A DNA stretch of 64,000 nt from Callorhinchus milii (lineage: Eukaryota): NCBI RefSeq assembly GCF_018977255.1, contig NW_024704743.1:84322001-84386000 (forward strand). Reading direction: 5' to 3'. Shown one piece after another: positions 1-12,780 of this stretch. Each line of letters starts with the position of its first letter. The first letter of the stretch is position 1. The position numbers and the translations under genes are program-made. The notes under the pieces were generated by a model. It searched no databases and was not told the origin of the DNA. It saw only the letters and a program-made list of their open reading frames with translations.

Positions 1-56
1 TGTCTTGCTGCTTAACAGCATCTGCATTTGCCTGTTTTCCTGAGCTAGTCTGTTTA

Positions 57-360
57 TAATAATAATAATCCTTGCATTTGATATAGTGCTTTTCACATCT
101 TCCAAACGTCTTCACGATATATATTGCAAAGTGAATTGACTGTATATTTGTGGGCAAATCGCGGCAGCCAATTCCACACAGCAGTGTCCCACAAACAGTC
201 GTGGATTGAAGTGACCAATTTATCATTTTCTTTTCTTAGTGGATTATTATCAGGCGTGTGGAGTAAGGAAACTTGCCGAAAGCTTTGCCTTGCTGGGAAT
301 CAAACCCACGTCTCTCGCTTGTGAGGCGAGCGCTCTAACTACTGAGCTACAGGACTCCAC
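57..360 (-). mobile_element. tRNA(Ala)-headed SINE, full-length short form, L2-type 3' tail
   Basis: Minus strand starts TGGAGTCCTGTAGCTCAGTAGTTAGAGCG (A box), has a B-box-like GGTTTGATTCCC and ends ATCAAATGCAAGGATTATTATT; aligns by eye to copies at 39051 and 42737. Confidence 0.9.
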
Positions 361-2419
361 ATCCTCATCCCCATATTTGTTTCCCCATCTTCTTCTTCAT
401 CACTGCTCTCCTGCCTGCTGTTTAGTTACAGTTGAGTCATTAACTTCTGGTTTTCTCAGCTTGGATTCACTCAGCCCTTTTGTGTTGGATCCTTTGAATA
501 TTTCGCTTCTCAGCCTCTGTGGCCTCACAGTTCTTTCATGCTGTCTGTATATTGCTCTGATTTATTTAGCTTGTTCATTTTATCTTTCCATCTCACCGTG
601 TTTCCAGCAGCTCTCCTGCTCACATATGAGGTGGCAACATTACCGGACTTTCGTCCCTTTGTTTTAACCTCTTCATAATCTGTGTTTTTTTGTTTTACCT
701 TCTTTGTTTGAGAATCCAGCCTGATCCTATTATAGATTTTATTTAAGACTCAAATCCCTCCCTGTGCTCCAGCCCTCAATGCTTTCCCCCTCTCTCTAAC
801 CACCATTCATTTGTGTCTTTAATTCAGTGTTGTCACTTCTTCTCACAACTAAAATCTACACCCACTTCCTCTAACTGGAATTTTTTGTGTCCAAAATTAA
901 CATCCTCCACTTGGGTTACCTCAGCCTCCATCTTTCCCACCCCACCATCCATTTCCTGAAGTAGATCGAGAGGTTGGTTGGCAGAGATGATTTAAATAAT
1001 AAGTAGATTGTAAACAAAAAAAACACAAACAACAAATTGCATTTATATAGTATCCTTCATGTCAGGAGGATGATCCAAGGCTGAGTGGGTTGGTTTTGGG
1101 AGAGATAGGTACCAAAGGGAGTCAAAAAAATACCATTAGCACTGAACTCCTCTATTACTAAAATAGTTACTCTCAGGAGATTCACTGGATGAGATGGAGT
1201 TTGGGATAGAGTAGATTTTACATGGTCCATGGAAGGATCGGGCTTTCTGAGAAGAATGCCTTTTCTTGCTCCATACATTTTAGTGATCTTTTCTTTTCAA
1301 TAGAACAAAGCGATGTGTTATGTGTGAGATCTAAAAACAGAACATTTATACTCTTGCATTCGATATACAGTGCCTGCCTTATCACACGACCAAAATGACT
1401 CAAAGCTCTTCACAGGATTTACTGTAAAGTGCAGTGACTGTGTATTTTTAGGCAAAATCAACGGACAATTTGCAAGCAGCAATGCCCCACAAATAAATGA
1501 TCGATTTTATCAAAATGATTGTTGGCCAGAATACTGAGAGAAGGTAAAAATTGATCAGTGGGTCAATTATTCTATTCTGGTCAAAGGTATTGAACTTGTT
1601 GGATTATCTTTAGGAAATTCAGATGTCTGAGATAAACCTTTTGTAAAACGTGGTATGGGCAGACTGAATAAAACCAAATAGGCCTTTTTATTTCTCTGGC
1701 TGATTGTATTTTTGTAATATGTTTTACTTCTAATGTAAAAATAGATGCATAAATCCTTTATATATTGTAATTTTGACTTCCTACAATTGATACAAGGCAG
1801 AATATTTGATAATTCTTGCAGAAAATCTGCCCATCATCATTACATGGATATAACCATGAAGTGATAATCTGGTCAAAGCATAGTCACTCAACAGGAATTA
1901 AAGCCAGATGTTTTCTGCAAGGTGAGCACAGTCAAAAGAAATAGAAATATTATAAATAGTAAACATAAATGGGTAGAGATGACACAACACTGTTAAAGAA
2001 ATCAAAGACCACAACAAAAATTAGAGGTAAAGATCGCTTGGAACCCACAAGAAATAAAAGTAATCCTTATATTTAACATAGAGCCTTATTCCTTCATTGA
2101 AACATCTCAGCTTCCCATGTTATACTGTAGGTTCTAGTGGCCGTGTACTTTGTATGCAAATGTGATAGACTACTTGAAAACAGCATCCCTGAAGTGAATG
2201 ATTAATTTAATCTGGGGGTCATTGGTCAAATTGTAGGTGTTGCTGTTATTAAGAAATCCGCACAGTAAATGTTGTTCAATTTTACTGTTGAAAGCACCTT
2301 AAATACTGAGACATGTTTCAAGCAAGTTCAAAGATGCCCCAAATCCTCATGGTTTTAGTCTTAAGTCGTAATTGGCTTAAAATAATTATTTAGAATGTTG
2401 GAAAAGTTTTAAATGCACG

Positions 2420-3130
2420 CCACGCAAATCCACTCCATGACTGGCACTGACAACCACCACCTCTGCAATATTGCCAGACTCCGTCACTGCCTCACCCCTC
2501 AGGCTGCTGAAACCCTCACCCACGCATTCGTCACATCAAGGCTTGATTACGAGAACTACCTCCTCATCGGCCTTCCCACTCTTCCCTTCACAAGCTGCAG
2601 ATCATCCAAAACTCTGCAGCTCCTGTACTCTCATGCACCAGGCTCCGCGACCCCATTACTCCCACCCTCACCTGACTCCACTGGCTCCCCATCCCCCAGA
2701 GGATCGAGTTCAAGATCCTCATCCTCACCTTTAAGACCATCCATGGCCTTGTCCCCTCCTACATCTCTGACCTGCTGACTTCCTACCAACCTGCCCGCTC
2801 CCTCCGCTCATCAGGCTCCGGTCTGCTCCATGTCTCCTGCCCAACCCACCCTACCATTGGTGGCCGGGCTTTCAACCTCTCTGCCCCCACACTCTGGAAC
2901 TCCATCCCAGGGTCCCTTCACTCGCTTCCTCTCTTGCCTCCTTCAAGGCCGGTCTCAAGACCCTTCTCTTCGACCGTGCCTTTGGTCTCCCTCCCACCTC
3001 TCTGTCTTCCCTCACCCCTAAACCATCCCCCCCTCCCCCATGCTCGGGCCCTGACACCTGACTGTTCAGCGCTTTGGGACGTCCTCCCGACATGAAAGGC
3101 GCTCTATAAATGTAATTTTGTTGTTGTTGT
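2420..3130 (+). mobile_element. 5'-truncated L2-clade LINE (degraded ORF2 C-terminus + 3' UTR)
   Basis: Encodes L2-type segments IARLRHCLTPQAAETLTHAFVTSRLDY, LHWLPIPQRIEFKILILTF and GGRAFNLSAPTLWNS with a frameshift/stops; ends in CGCTCTATAAATGTAATTTTG(TTG)n. Confidence 0.93.
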
Positions 3131-3328
3131 TTTGTGGTATTTCTTAAGGGGTTACTTAATAAATTGGCAACAATTGGAATTTCTGGATGCATTTGAGTGC
3201 AGCTTCCTGAACAAGGAATGTGAGTCATGCCTACAGGAATTAATCTTGTAAATCCAATCCAATGGGAATACGACTATTACACAATCAGCTTTCAGAGCAG
3301 AGGTCTCACTGGTTGATAGGAGTTCTAA

Positions 3329-3445
3329 CCCAGTTGAATTGCCAGTTAGCACATTAGACTTCCCATTAGCAGAATTTGCTATGGTCTCCAAATTCTGCTC
3401 GCTGCCATTTCAGTGCAATGATCTGCCAACCAGAAGTCAACTGGG
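3329..3445. repeat. Degenerate fold-back palindrome (MITE-like)
   Basis: Outer arms CCCAGTTGA (3329) / TCAACTGGG (to 3445); inner perfect 11-bp arms AGCAGAATTTG (3368-3378) / CAAATTCTGCT (3389-3399). Confidence 0.6.
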
Positions 3446-4306
3446 CACTATGGCGGCTTCAGGTCAAAACACTGTGATGCGGTCAGAGGGAGGATTAGTC
3501 ATTGTCTTTAGTTATCACCCAGGTCAGAATTTTCAACAATGTGTTCATTAATAGATTATTTATTTGACCCATCACACTAGTTGTAATTTGAATCCTAATA
3601 TTGAGAAGGTTAGTACTAGGAACATAGATATATGGGAAAGTGATCAGATGCTCAGCCTGTCGAGCCAATTCCACATGGCGGACCTTCTAATCTTGTTCCT
3701 AGCCTTTTCTCCATATCCCTTACTTTCCAGATAACTATCTTGCTCTCATTTAAACATCCCTATCGATTTGGCATCTTGAGACACATTTTTTCATTCCCAG
3801 GCCTTGCAGCTGTAATAGTGTTTGCCTCTGCTTGCACAACTCAGCATACTGATTATTAGAGCTAAGTCTGGTCGGATGTCCTGTCTACTCTCGTCTGGTT
3901 TCTGTTGCTCCTACTCGCTTCTTTAAAAAATAATATTTTGTTCCTTTTCTCTTATGCTCTTTTTTTATTCTCTCATTCCTTTTTTTAGAGAAAGGGTAAA
4001 GGGTTAAAAGTTGGAATGGAACATTTGACAATGCTGTTGCATAAGTTGAGCAAGATAAAATTTAATCTTTATAGTGCTGGCTGTTTCCATCTTTACTTTG
4101 TGTTTTATTCCTGAATAATTGAATCGTATTCACCAAAAATAAACAATATTATAATAAGGTAAAATACAATGAAATTTACATTTATTTAAGATCTGTCATA
4201 TCGGGAGCATGTCTCAAAGAGCTTTACATTGCTGGATGGACCCCTGAACTGGGGGGGGGGGGGGTTCCAAAGGGAGTGGTTGGGGAACGATGACCGAAAA
4301 CATGGT

Positions 4307-4543
4307 AACAACAACAACAAATTACGTGTATAGAGCGCCTTTCACGTCGGGAGGATGTCCCAAGGTGCTGGACAGTCAGGGTTCAGGACCCAAGCATGGG
4401 CAGGGATGGGGTAGAGGTGAGGGAAGGCAGAGAGGTGAGAGGGCGACCGAAGGCACGATCGATGAGAAGGGTCTTGAGACCAGCCTTGAAGGAGGCAAGG
4501 GATGAAGTGAGGCGAAGGGACTGTGGGATGGAGTTCCAAAGTG
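4307..4543 (-). mobile_element. L2 3' terminal fragment
   Basis: (CAA)n on + strand followed by the reverse complement of the L2 3' UTR and LWNSIPQSLRLTSSLASFKAGLKTLL. Confidence 0.9.
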
Positions 4544-4671
4544 ATAATGCAATAATGATCACTCCTTTTATTGTGTCCTGGGAACCAGTGCTCAAACTCT
4601 GCAACCTGTAAATGAAACTTCCAATGGTTACTGCATGCTGACTATGGGCCCAATCATTGCTTGCCATCGAG

Positions 4672-4824
4672 AACTTCCCTGCCCAGGAATCAAACTCAGG
4701 TCCTCTCAGTTGCGAGGCAAGAGCTCTGACCACTAAGCTACAGGACTCCACATGATATTATAAGGAGATATATCTGTAGATTTAGTTGCATCTCTTCAGT
4801 TCTCACTCCTTTTCCCAAGACTCC
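4672..4824 (-). mobile_element. tRNA-SINE head plus ~75-bp 5' flank shared with the copy at 63.7-63.8 kb
   Basis: Head GGAATCAAACTCAGG...CTACAGGACTCCA; next segment ATCTGTAGATTTAGTTGCATCTCTTCAGTTCTCACTCCTTTTCCCAAGA matches 63790-63838. Confidence 0.8.
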
Positions 4825-5592
4825 ACAAAAACCTACCTTTTTAGATTTCTCCTTTTCAGATAAGCATCTAATCCTCTCATAAAAGATAATATGAATTCTA
4901 CCTCTGAATTCCAGACACGGCATTTCCTTATTCAAGCAATATCTTCCAACTTCTCCCTTTGTTTTTTTTTGTAATTTTATTAAAGTCTATGCCATTTTGT
5001 AACTGACTCACCAATGGGTGGAAATAATTTCTCCCTGTTTAAGTTAAATTTACTTTCCACACTCTAGAACCATGGGTCAACAGGAAAATCACTCATAGCA
5101 TGTGACAGGGAGTTGCAGAAAAGCACCCTCAATAACAACCTTGGAAATTGAACAGTCAGGGATTCAACGATGGTATATAACAATAATATAATCATAATGA
5201 GTAGCATCATTGGAATGGAGCGCTCAAGAAATAAATATGGTTCCCTGCTTGCATCTCCTATTTGTACAAACATAAGGCAGTGTGTATCTATGCATTTCCA
5301 GTCACATTTTTGATAAAACTATAGTCTTCATAAAAGAGCGAAAGTTGCTACCAATACCTTTTCTAAATATCAAATGGTTAGTTATGGGGCAACTGGATGG
5401 CACTTTTAGTAGAAATGTATTGTTGTGATGTTGGCTTGAAGACAATCTCACTTAGAGAGACTATATGGATGGTTGCTGTTGGAAGTGGATAGACTAACAC
5501 TCATTTGTGGAACATATCAGAAGGAACTTTAATTGCATTTGTTCTGTGACAATGCTTGATTTTGGAGTATGCGCTATTTTTGACCTGACTAA

Positions 5593-6520
5593 AACAACAA
5601 CAACAACAAAATTACATTTATAGAGCGCCTTTCACATCGGGAGGACATCCCAAAGCGCTGAACAGTCAGGTGTCGGGGCTCAAGCATGGGGGAGGGTTGG
5701 TGTAGGGGTGAGGGAAGGCAGAAAGGTGGGTGGGAGACCAAAGGCACAATCGAAGGGAAGGGTCTTAAGACCGGCCTCGAAGGAGGCAAGGGAGGAAGCG
5801 AGGTGAAGGGACCATGGGATGGAGTTCCAGAGTGTGGGGGCAGAGAGGCTGAAAGCCGGACCACCGATGGTAGGGCGAGTCGGCGGGAGACATGGAGCAG
5901 GCCGGAGCCTGAAGAACGGAGGGAGTGGGCAGTTTGGTAGGGAGTCAGCAGGTCAGAGAGGTAGGAGGGGGCAAGGCCATGGATGGCCTTAAAGGTGAGG
6001 ACGAAGATCTTGAATTTGATCCTCTGGGGGATGGGGAGCCAGTGGAGTCAGGCAAGGGTGGGAGTGATGGGGTCGCGGAGCTTGGTGTGTGAGAGTACAC
6101 GAGCTGCAGAGTTTTGGATGATCTGCAGCTTGTGAAGGGAAGAGTTGGGAAGGCCGATGAGGAGGGAGTTCGCGTAATCAAGCCTTGATGTGACGAATGC
6201 ATGGTTGAGGGTTTCGGCAGCCTGAGGGGTGAGGCAGTGGCAGAGTCTGGCAATGTTGCGGAGGTGGTGGTAGGCAATGTCGGTCACGGCGTGGATTTGG
6301 GGGAGAAAGGACAGTTCAGGGTCAAACAAGATGCCCAGGTTCCTGACTGGCTTAGTGAGGTTGAGTGTGCAGTTGTGGAGGCTGATGCAGCCAGTGCCTG
6401 AGGTGCGGAGGCGCTGGCGCGAGCCAATCAAAAGGGCCTCAGTCTCGCTAATGTTGAGTTGAAGAAAGTTGGTCCTCGTCCAGTTCAGGACGCTAGTAGT
6501 CCTGGAGCTCAGGGTAAAAG
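5593..6520 (-). mobile_element. 5'-truncated L2 LINE
   Basis: Minus-strand ORF 6048-6533 (NFLQLNISETEALLIG...VRNLGILFDPELSF...SRLDYANSLLIGLP...QNSAARVL) plus L2 3' UTR and (TTG)n tail. Confidence 0.94.
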
Positions 6521-6576
6521 AGTTCAAATCCACCAGATATCAAATGAGTTCACAAACAATTCACCTGAAAAATAGT

Positions 6577-6792
6577 ATAGAAATTCCACTTGAATCTAGA
6601 TTTACTCCATATATGTAACGTTTCAGAGCATCCAGATTTTGACAAATTCTTAAATATGGATTTAAATCTGTAGGAACTTTTAAAAACGACAGCAAACTAG
6701 CTTCAAGATTTAACTGAATTCAACAATTTGTCAAATTCTGGTTGCTATAAAATACTACGTGTAAATAAATATAGATGGAATTCGTATCCCCA
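6577..6792. mobile_element. Palindromic non-autonomous DNA transposon (MITE), GGGGAGAAATTCCACC-TIR family, degraded
   Basis: GAAATTCCAC...CAGATTTTGACAAATT...AATTTGTCAAATTCTGG...GGAATT; similar to 44330-44570, 54632-54840 and 42513-42715. Confidence 0.6.
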
Positions 6793-7019
6793 AATAATGT
6801 GATTATATTTTCTTCAAAATGAAGGTTTTAAAGAAATACAATTAACTTCTAACTTTTGGCTTGTTTTTTGTTGAAGAAGTTATGCCTCGACTGTCCTGTG
6901 TGGGGTAATGTTGTCACATATTTCTCGTTTATCGCAGCAGGTTACCAATGGCGACCCATCTTTCACAGCAATTAGCACTACACCACATTGTCCACATGGA
7001 ATAGGGCACAGTTCCAATT

Positions 7020-7458
7020 AATAATAACAATAATGCTTGCAGTTTATATAATGGCTTTCATGCTGGGAGGTCTTCTCAAAGTGCTTTATAGGATTTTACA
7101 GTAAAGTGTGTATTTTGTAAGCTGCCGCCAATTTACACAGAATATTGTCCTACAGCTAGCGATGAAGTGAGTGACTAATATTATTTGGGGGATTGTTGGC
7201 CAAGACACTAGGAGAAACTTCATTCTCTTTTGGAATAGTGTCATGGGATCTTTAACATCCACCTGAACAGAGAGACAGGAGTTTAGATTAATGTTTCATC
7301 TGAACGATGGCATCTCCAATAATGCAGCACCCACTAAAGCCCAGCACTACATTGGAGTGTCATCTTAGACTATGTGAGTTCAAAGTCCAATGTTGGGCTT
7401 GAGTTGAAAACCTTCTGATTCAGAGGTGAGAGTTCTTCCCACTGGGCCAGGCTGACAC
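7020..7458 (-). mobile_element. Deu-domain SINE (SacSINE1/AmnSINE-like), near full length
   Basis: Minus strand begins GTGTCAGCCTGGCCCAGTG (tRNA-like head); contains Deu-type block GGGATCTTTAACATCCACCTGAACAG...TAATGTTTCATCTGAACGATGGCATCTCC on +; L2-like tail. Family assignment from remembered consensus. Confidence 0.8.
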
Positions 7459-7699
7459 ATAATTAATTCAAGCTGACTGGTAGGCCAATTAAGATAATTA
7501 TTAGGGAGAGGATTTCATCTGAATCAGTCAGACTGGTATTGTCATTTATTTAAGTGATTTAAAAATGTATAAGGTTGGTTGGCCAAGACGCCATGAGGAA
7601 CTCCCTTCACTTTGCAAATATACTCATTGGATCTTTAATGTCCCGCTGAACAGTCAGATGGGACTTCAGTGTAATGTCTCATCCAAAGCCAGCCCTCTG

Positions 7700-8080
7700 T
7701 GGTGCTCTCAGTAGTCCAGTTCCTGAGCCAGGTGTGTCCATAGTATTTCAGAGCACTGCTTATGACAGTACAGCCAGTCTGGCTCATCGGCAGGACCTGG
7801 AAGAGCAGACCAGTCACTGGGGCAGGGAGTCATCCTGTTAACCCTGCACATCAAAGCCCGATTGGGTAGGGTGGTCCTAGCTGGAGAAGCAGCATGAAAG
7901 CTTGCTGGACAGCAACACCAATGGCAAACCATGTGGTTTTAGCTGGTTAGACTCCAGCAGTACCCCAACGCACACTCTGTGGTCCCCAAGCCTTGACTCT
8001 TGGCAACTTGTGCCTAATATTTTCTGGAATTTGTTAAGCAGGATACTTCCCTCCAGGGAGAAAGTGCGCATACCATTCTA
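7700..8080 (+). mobile_element. Old dispersed repeat, LF-SINE-like (family unassigned), central part
   Basis: Block AGCTGGTTAGACTCCAGCAGTACCCCAACGCACACTCTGTGGTCCCCAAGCCTTGACTCTTGGCAA recurs in reverse at ~36085-36150, ~36715-36775 and ~52095-52160. Confidence 0.65.
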
Positions 8081-11000
8081 ACAATCAAAAAAAATCCAAA
8101 GAATGGCTCCTTAAACAATGCAGTCCTCCCAAAGTGAAAGGTGCTCTGTAAATGTAATTTTGTTGTTATTAAACAATGCAGTGCTCACCCAATAATGTCA
8201 GCCTGGACTATGGGTTCAAAGTCTCATTGTGGAGCTTGAACCCACAACCTTCTGAATGAGTTTGAATGAGTCTTCCTTCTGAAGGAGTGAGTTGTTAATG
8301 GGTGTGCACCCTGATCCAAAGTCTTTGCCATTGCCACTCATGAGCTAAATTGAGAAAAGTGAGCAAGACCAATCTAGTGAGAAGTAAGTGCGTGGAGTAA
8401 GGAGACTTGCCTAAGGTTTTCATCCTGCCCAGGAGTCAAGCCCTAGTCATCTTCCTTGCGATTTTTGAATGTGCATTGTTGCGGCCCAACATGTACTTTA
8501 GATCCCATTATTCCTATATCACCAGGTTACTGCCTTTGGGTAGTTCCAGAGGTGAACAAAGATATTTACATTTTGACGGACTAGAAGAAGCAGCCAAATG
8601 CCTCTGTCCATTATGAGTTCAGTATCTGGTTGGATTAGCACTCTGTCAACCACAGTTAATATGTCCAGTTATCTACTATGATAACAGATTTAATTTGAAT
8701 GGCACTATCTTGCCATGGGTATTCCACGAGCTACTGGAAGACACTTAATTCAACTATGTGTAGCCTGCAAGAACAATTTGTCCTAAAAATTAAGGTTGCG
8801 GGAAAAAATTCTTAAATTGAGTCTTGACTTGGAAATGGTTCCTTTTAACGGTTCCTTTCCTTGACATGACAAACAGCTTCCAAATTTAGACTGATTTGAA
8901 GAACCTTCCACAATGTTAAGTTTTAAGACAAGGGGTCTTACAGGTTAAGATCAGGTGGAATTTTGAGTCATGTGTACGTTAAGATGTCCCCATACCCTTT
9001 TCTTTGAAATACAAAAATCATTAAGGAATAACTGAAAAATAAATTATGATCAAAGCAGGACAAGATTAATCTGAATTAAAACAAAAACTAAACTGAATTC
9101 CCTTAAAACAGATACATATTTTTGCAGGACAATTTTACAGGACCCAATGTGTCTGTAAATCACTCGGTAATAAACTGGAATTCTTTTTAGATGAATCTGA
9201 AGCACAGCCAAGGTTATGGTTAATCACTTTTTCCTGATGACAAATCTGAAGAAGTTTTAAGAATTGAGGTCTGCCTCTGCTGCGGGGTTTTGTCTGGTTT
9301 ACTTTTCTCTGGCAGACTAATGCAAATGTTACCAATTCAGTGAATCAAAATTTAGATAGAAACAGAGCTCAAAATTTTAAGATGCTTTTGCTTTGTTTGA
9401 AGCATATAAAATCTCCGTGTCTAATCTTGTAAGCAAGCCAGTAGTAAAATATTTGATTAATATTTGTGCCTTTCATGTGTTTCTAAAGTACCGCTCTCTT
9501 GCTTTACTCAATATTAACAGTTGGTTTCACAAACTGTACACCAACTGAGACACTTGTATTAACTGCTTGTCAAAACAATTCCAAATCCCTGTTTTCTTTA
9601 ATACAGTACAGTTTCATCCTCTCGATTTATGCCTTAATAAGATGTCATACTCTTTTTTTGTTGGAGATTGCACCCTGCTGATGTTCTTAGGCAGCAAGAA
9701 AATTACCTTGTTTAAGCAGCTTTCTGCAAGGGGCACAGTCACAATGCTTGATGTGATCAGGATCCTCAATTTAAAGGGATCAGTACATATGAGAAGTGAG
9801 ATGTAGAAGCGTACAGTAAGCATTTGGACGCTCTTCAAAAAAAAATTCAGATCCTATGAGAGTCAATGCTGATCAGTGATTTAAGAAACTGAACTGTGTG
9901 ACTCCAATAAATGTCAGATTAGAGACTGACACAATTTAACTGAAGGAATCTCTGTACATTTGTTTTTGTTCAAACCTGGGTGAATGGCTAAAGCCCACAG
10001 TGCTGAAAAAGTAGCAGAGAAAATCAGTTTAAATCAGGAAAAAAAGAAATTTAGAATGCAAAATGTTTCTTTGACCTAAGCCCGTAACCGTAACAAAGAA
10101 ATACTCCATGATTCTCAAAGATAATTACACAATAATTGCAATATTCATCCATATTGCAAATCTCCTCTTGTAATTTAGACCTCTACATCCTGGAAACAAT
10201 ACAGTTGTCAAAGTCCTTTCAATACCCAAAATTCCACAGCAAGGGGATGAGAAAGTGATCATCACAAAACGGTGAAATAAGAATTGTTTCCTACCAGCTT
10301 CAGTTGTTATATGTCCTCCCTGGTAAAAAAAAAACTCCAGGAATCAGTCATTTCATAATATAATAATAATAATCCTTGCATTTGATTTAGCACCTTATCA
10401 CGTCTTTGAGACATTTCAAAGTGCTTCACAGAATATACTGTAAAGTGAATTGACTGTATATTTTGTAGGCAAAAAAATTAATATGTTTGCTATCTACTGT
10501 TCATTCTCTTTTTCAACCCCCTTTGAGTCCTTTAGGATTTTAACACGTTCTCTGACTACAATCTGAAATAATATTGAAAGTGTTTTCGGCATTATGTTTT
10601 GGATTTATTGTTATGTCCCTTTCCAGTTCTCTCTTGGCTTCCCTAATCTCTTTTTGAACCCTTTTCAGTGCAGTCTTGTATTCAGCCGAATAGTCACTCT
10701 CTACTTTCTCCGTTCAACCTTTTCTTCTTTATATCCCTGCTTATTTTCCTATTGATCTATTGTGATATATGTCTGTTTCATTTTCCATCCGGCACTTGGG
10801 TATGTGCTTATCCTGTATGCACTACATAATGTTTTTTAAAGATGTCAATTTATCCTCAACTAATTTATCCTTCAGCACTGCCTCCTAGTCTATGTCACTT
10901 AGCTCAGCCCTCATATGCCCAAAATTTCTTTGTCTAAAGTTATATATTAGAGCAACAATGAGGCAGTAACTATGTGTTTTAATACAGTTTCTATCTCACC

Positions 11001-11869
11001 ATCAAATGCTAGAACAAAGCATATAAATTATATTTGTCTTGTTGTAATATTGAGCATGTGTTAAAATCCTTATTCTACAATTGTCCTTAACTCCTTTTTC
11101 AGAGTCTACTCCTTCTCAGGTTAGAAGAGGACAATTGGGCAACAGGGACCAACATTGTGTCTGGGATATAGACCCAGTCTGTATAGGGATTGGGTCGTTG
11201 TACACACTCGTCACAAGCACACCTTACAAAATCCACATGCGGGTGACACATTTGCATTTGTTTTGAGTAAGTTGTTTTAATGCCTGTTTCATTGGTGCAC
11301 TTGAAGTCGCCTCACACCACCCAGACTGAATTCCAATTAGGTGCTGCAGATGACATGATTTATAATAACCAAAATAAACTGCACCGCTTGTGTAAAAACA
11401 TAACCTAAAAATTGCTTCCAGTGACACACTGAGGCTTTAATTTAAATAAATACAAGAAGCTTTATGATGAGGTTAGCATATGTTGCTGGGTAATAATGAG
11501 AATTTGATTTTGGATTGTTTGAAAATGGAACAAGTGCAGAACAGTGGGCAACCTGGTAGTTCAAGCTGTTGAATTATTGACTTTGAACCAGAAGGTTATA
11601 AGTCAAGAGGGATGGCTATAACTGCAGTTCGCTTGCCTTATTCAAGAGTATTCAAGAGCTCGATTGCACAGATGTAACACATAGACCATTTTGGACAAAG
11701 CGTAATGAGAGAGAAAAGAGGGAGGAAATGTTGTATCATTTAACCTCAACAACAACTTGCATTTATATAGTGCCTTCATGTGGGGTAGCATCCCTCATTG
11801 GCACCATCGGCCAATGAGAGATACAAGTGAAGCATTACTTTCAGAATCACCAAGTCAATAGAACAAGGC

Positions 11870-12005
11870 GATACAGGTTTAGGGGTTGCAAAGGGCTATT
11901 TCAGGACAGACATTTCAGGACAGACAGCATTTCTTTAACAAGAGGGTAATTAACGACTGAGACAGATTGCCAGAAAGGATGGTTGAGGCCAGGACTCTGA
12001 TGCTG
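11870..12005 (+). mobile_element. CR1 LINE 3' ORF2 fragment
   Basis: TTCAGGACAGAC...TTTCTTTAACAAGAGGGTAATTAAC...TTGCCAG resembles the CR1 FFxxRVxxxWNxLP region and the copy at 23810-23920. Confidence 0.6.
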
Positions 12006-12019
12006 TAATGGGAATATAA

Positions 12020-12391
12020 TTAATAATAATAATCTTTGCATTTGATATAGTGCCTTATCACATCATCAAGATGTCTCAAAGCCCTTCACAGGGATTAACT
12101 GTGTATTTGGGGTAAAATGCGGCAGTTTGCTTTCCGCACAGCAATGTCCCACAAACATCCATGGAGTGAGTGACCAATTTCATTTGGGAGATTTGTAGGC
12201 CTGGAAACTTCCTTCTCTTTTTGAATAGTGCCATGCGATCCGAAGGATGTGATTTCCGAAAATGCAGCCCACACCCAGCACTGCATTGAAGTGGCAGCTT
12301 ATTCTATATGATTTAAAGACCCGACATGGGGCTTGAACCCACAACCTTCTGACTTAGAGGCAATAGTGCTAACACTGAGCCAGGCTGACAC
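12020..12391 (-). mobile_element. Deu-domain SINE with internal deletion
   Basis: (AAT)n tail, CCGAAGGATGTG...AATGCAGC, GGGCTTGAACCCACAACCTTCTGACT...CAGGCTGACAC head. Confidence 0.8.
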
Positions 12392-12499
12392 ACAATAATT
12401 AGACATACAATATAAATATATCTAATATGTCATGAAAATTTATACTCCAAAAAATTAAAAGGCATGAGTACAATGAAAGCAGTCGTACCCCTTTCTAAC

Positions 12500-12780
12500 T
12501 CAGACTTGCTCAGTGCACACTCACAGCCAGGTGCAGACACAAGCAGCTGTGCATGAGTGAATTGTTAAGGGGTGACTTCCTCCTTTAAGGGGCAAATCCT
12601 TTTGTGTGTACTTTTAAATCTTTGCTGACTCATTTTTTCTAAGGAAAAACAGAAGTACTATTATTTTAAAGAAAGCAGTGCTTCTCGTAAGCTTTTATTT
12701 TTTTCTGGAGGGGGTAGGGGGGAAAGAGTCATAAATGCTACTTCATCACGAACAGGAAATGAATCTCACAGTAAAACAAT
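12500..12780. promoter_or_regulatory. Candidate enhancer (E-boxes, ETS, MARE/AP-1 motifs) in non-repeat sequence
   Basis: CAGGTG, CAGCTG, ACTTCCT, TGCTGACTCA and CAGGAAAT clustered within ~280 bp; motif evidence only. Confidence 0.25.
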
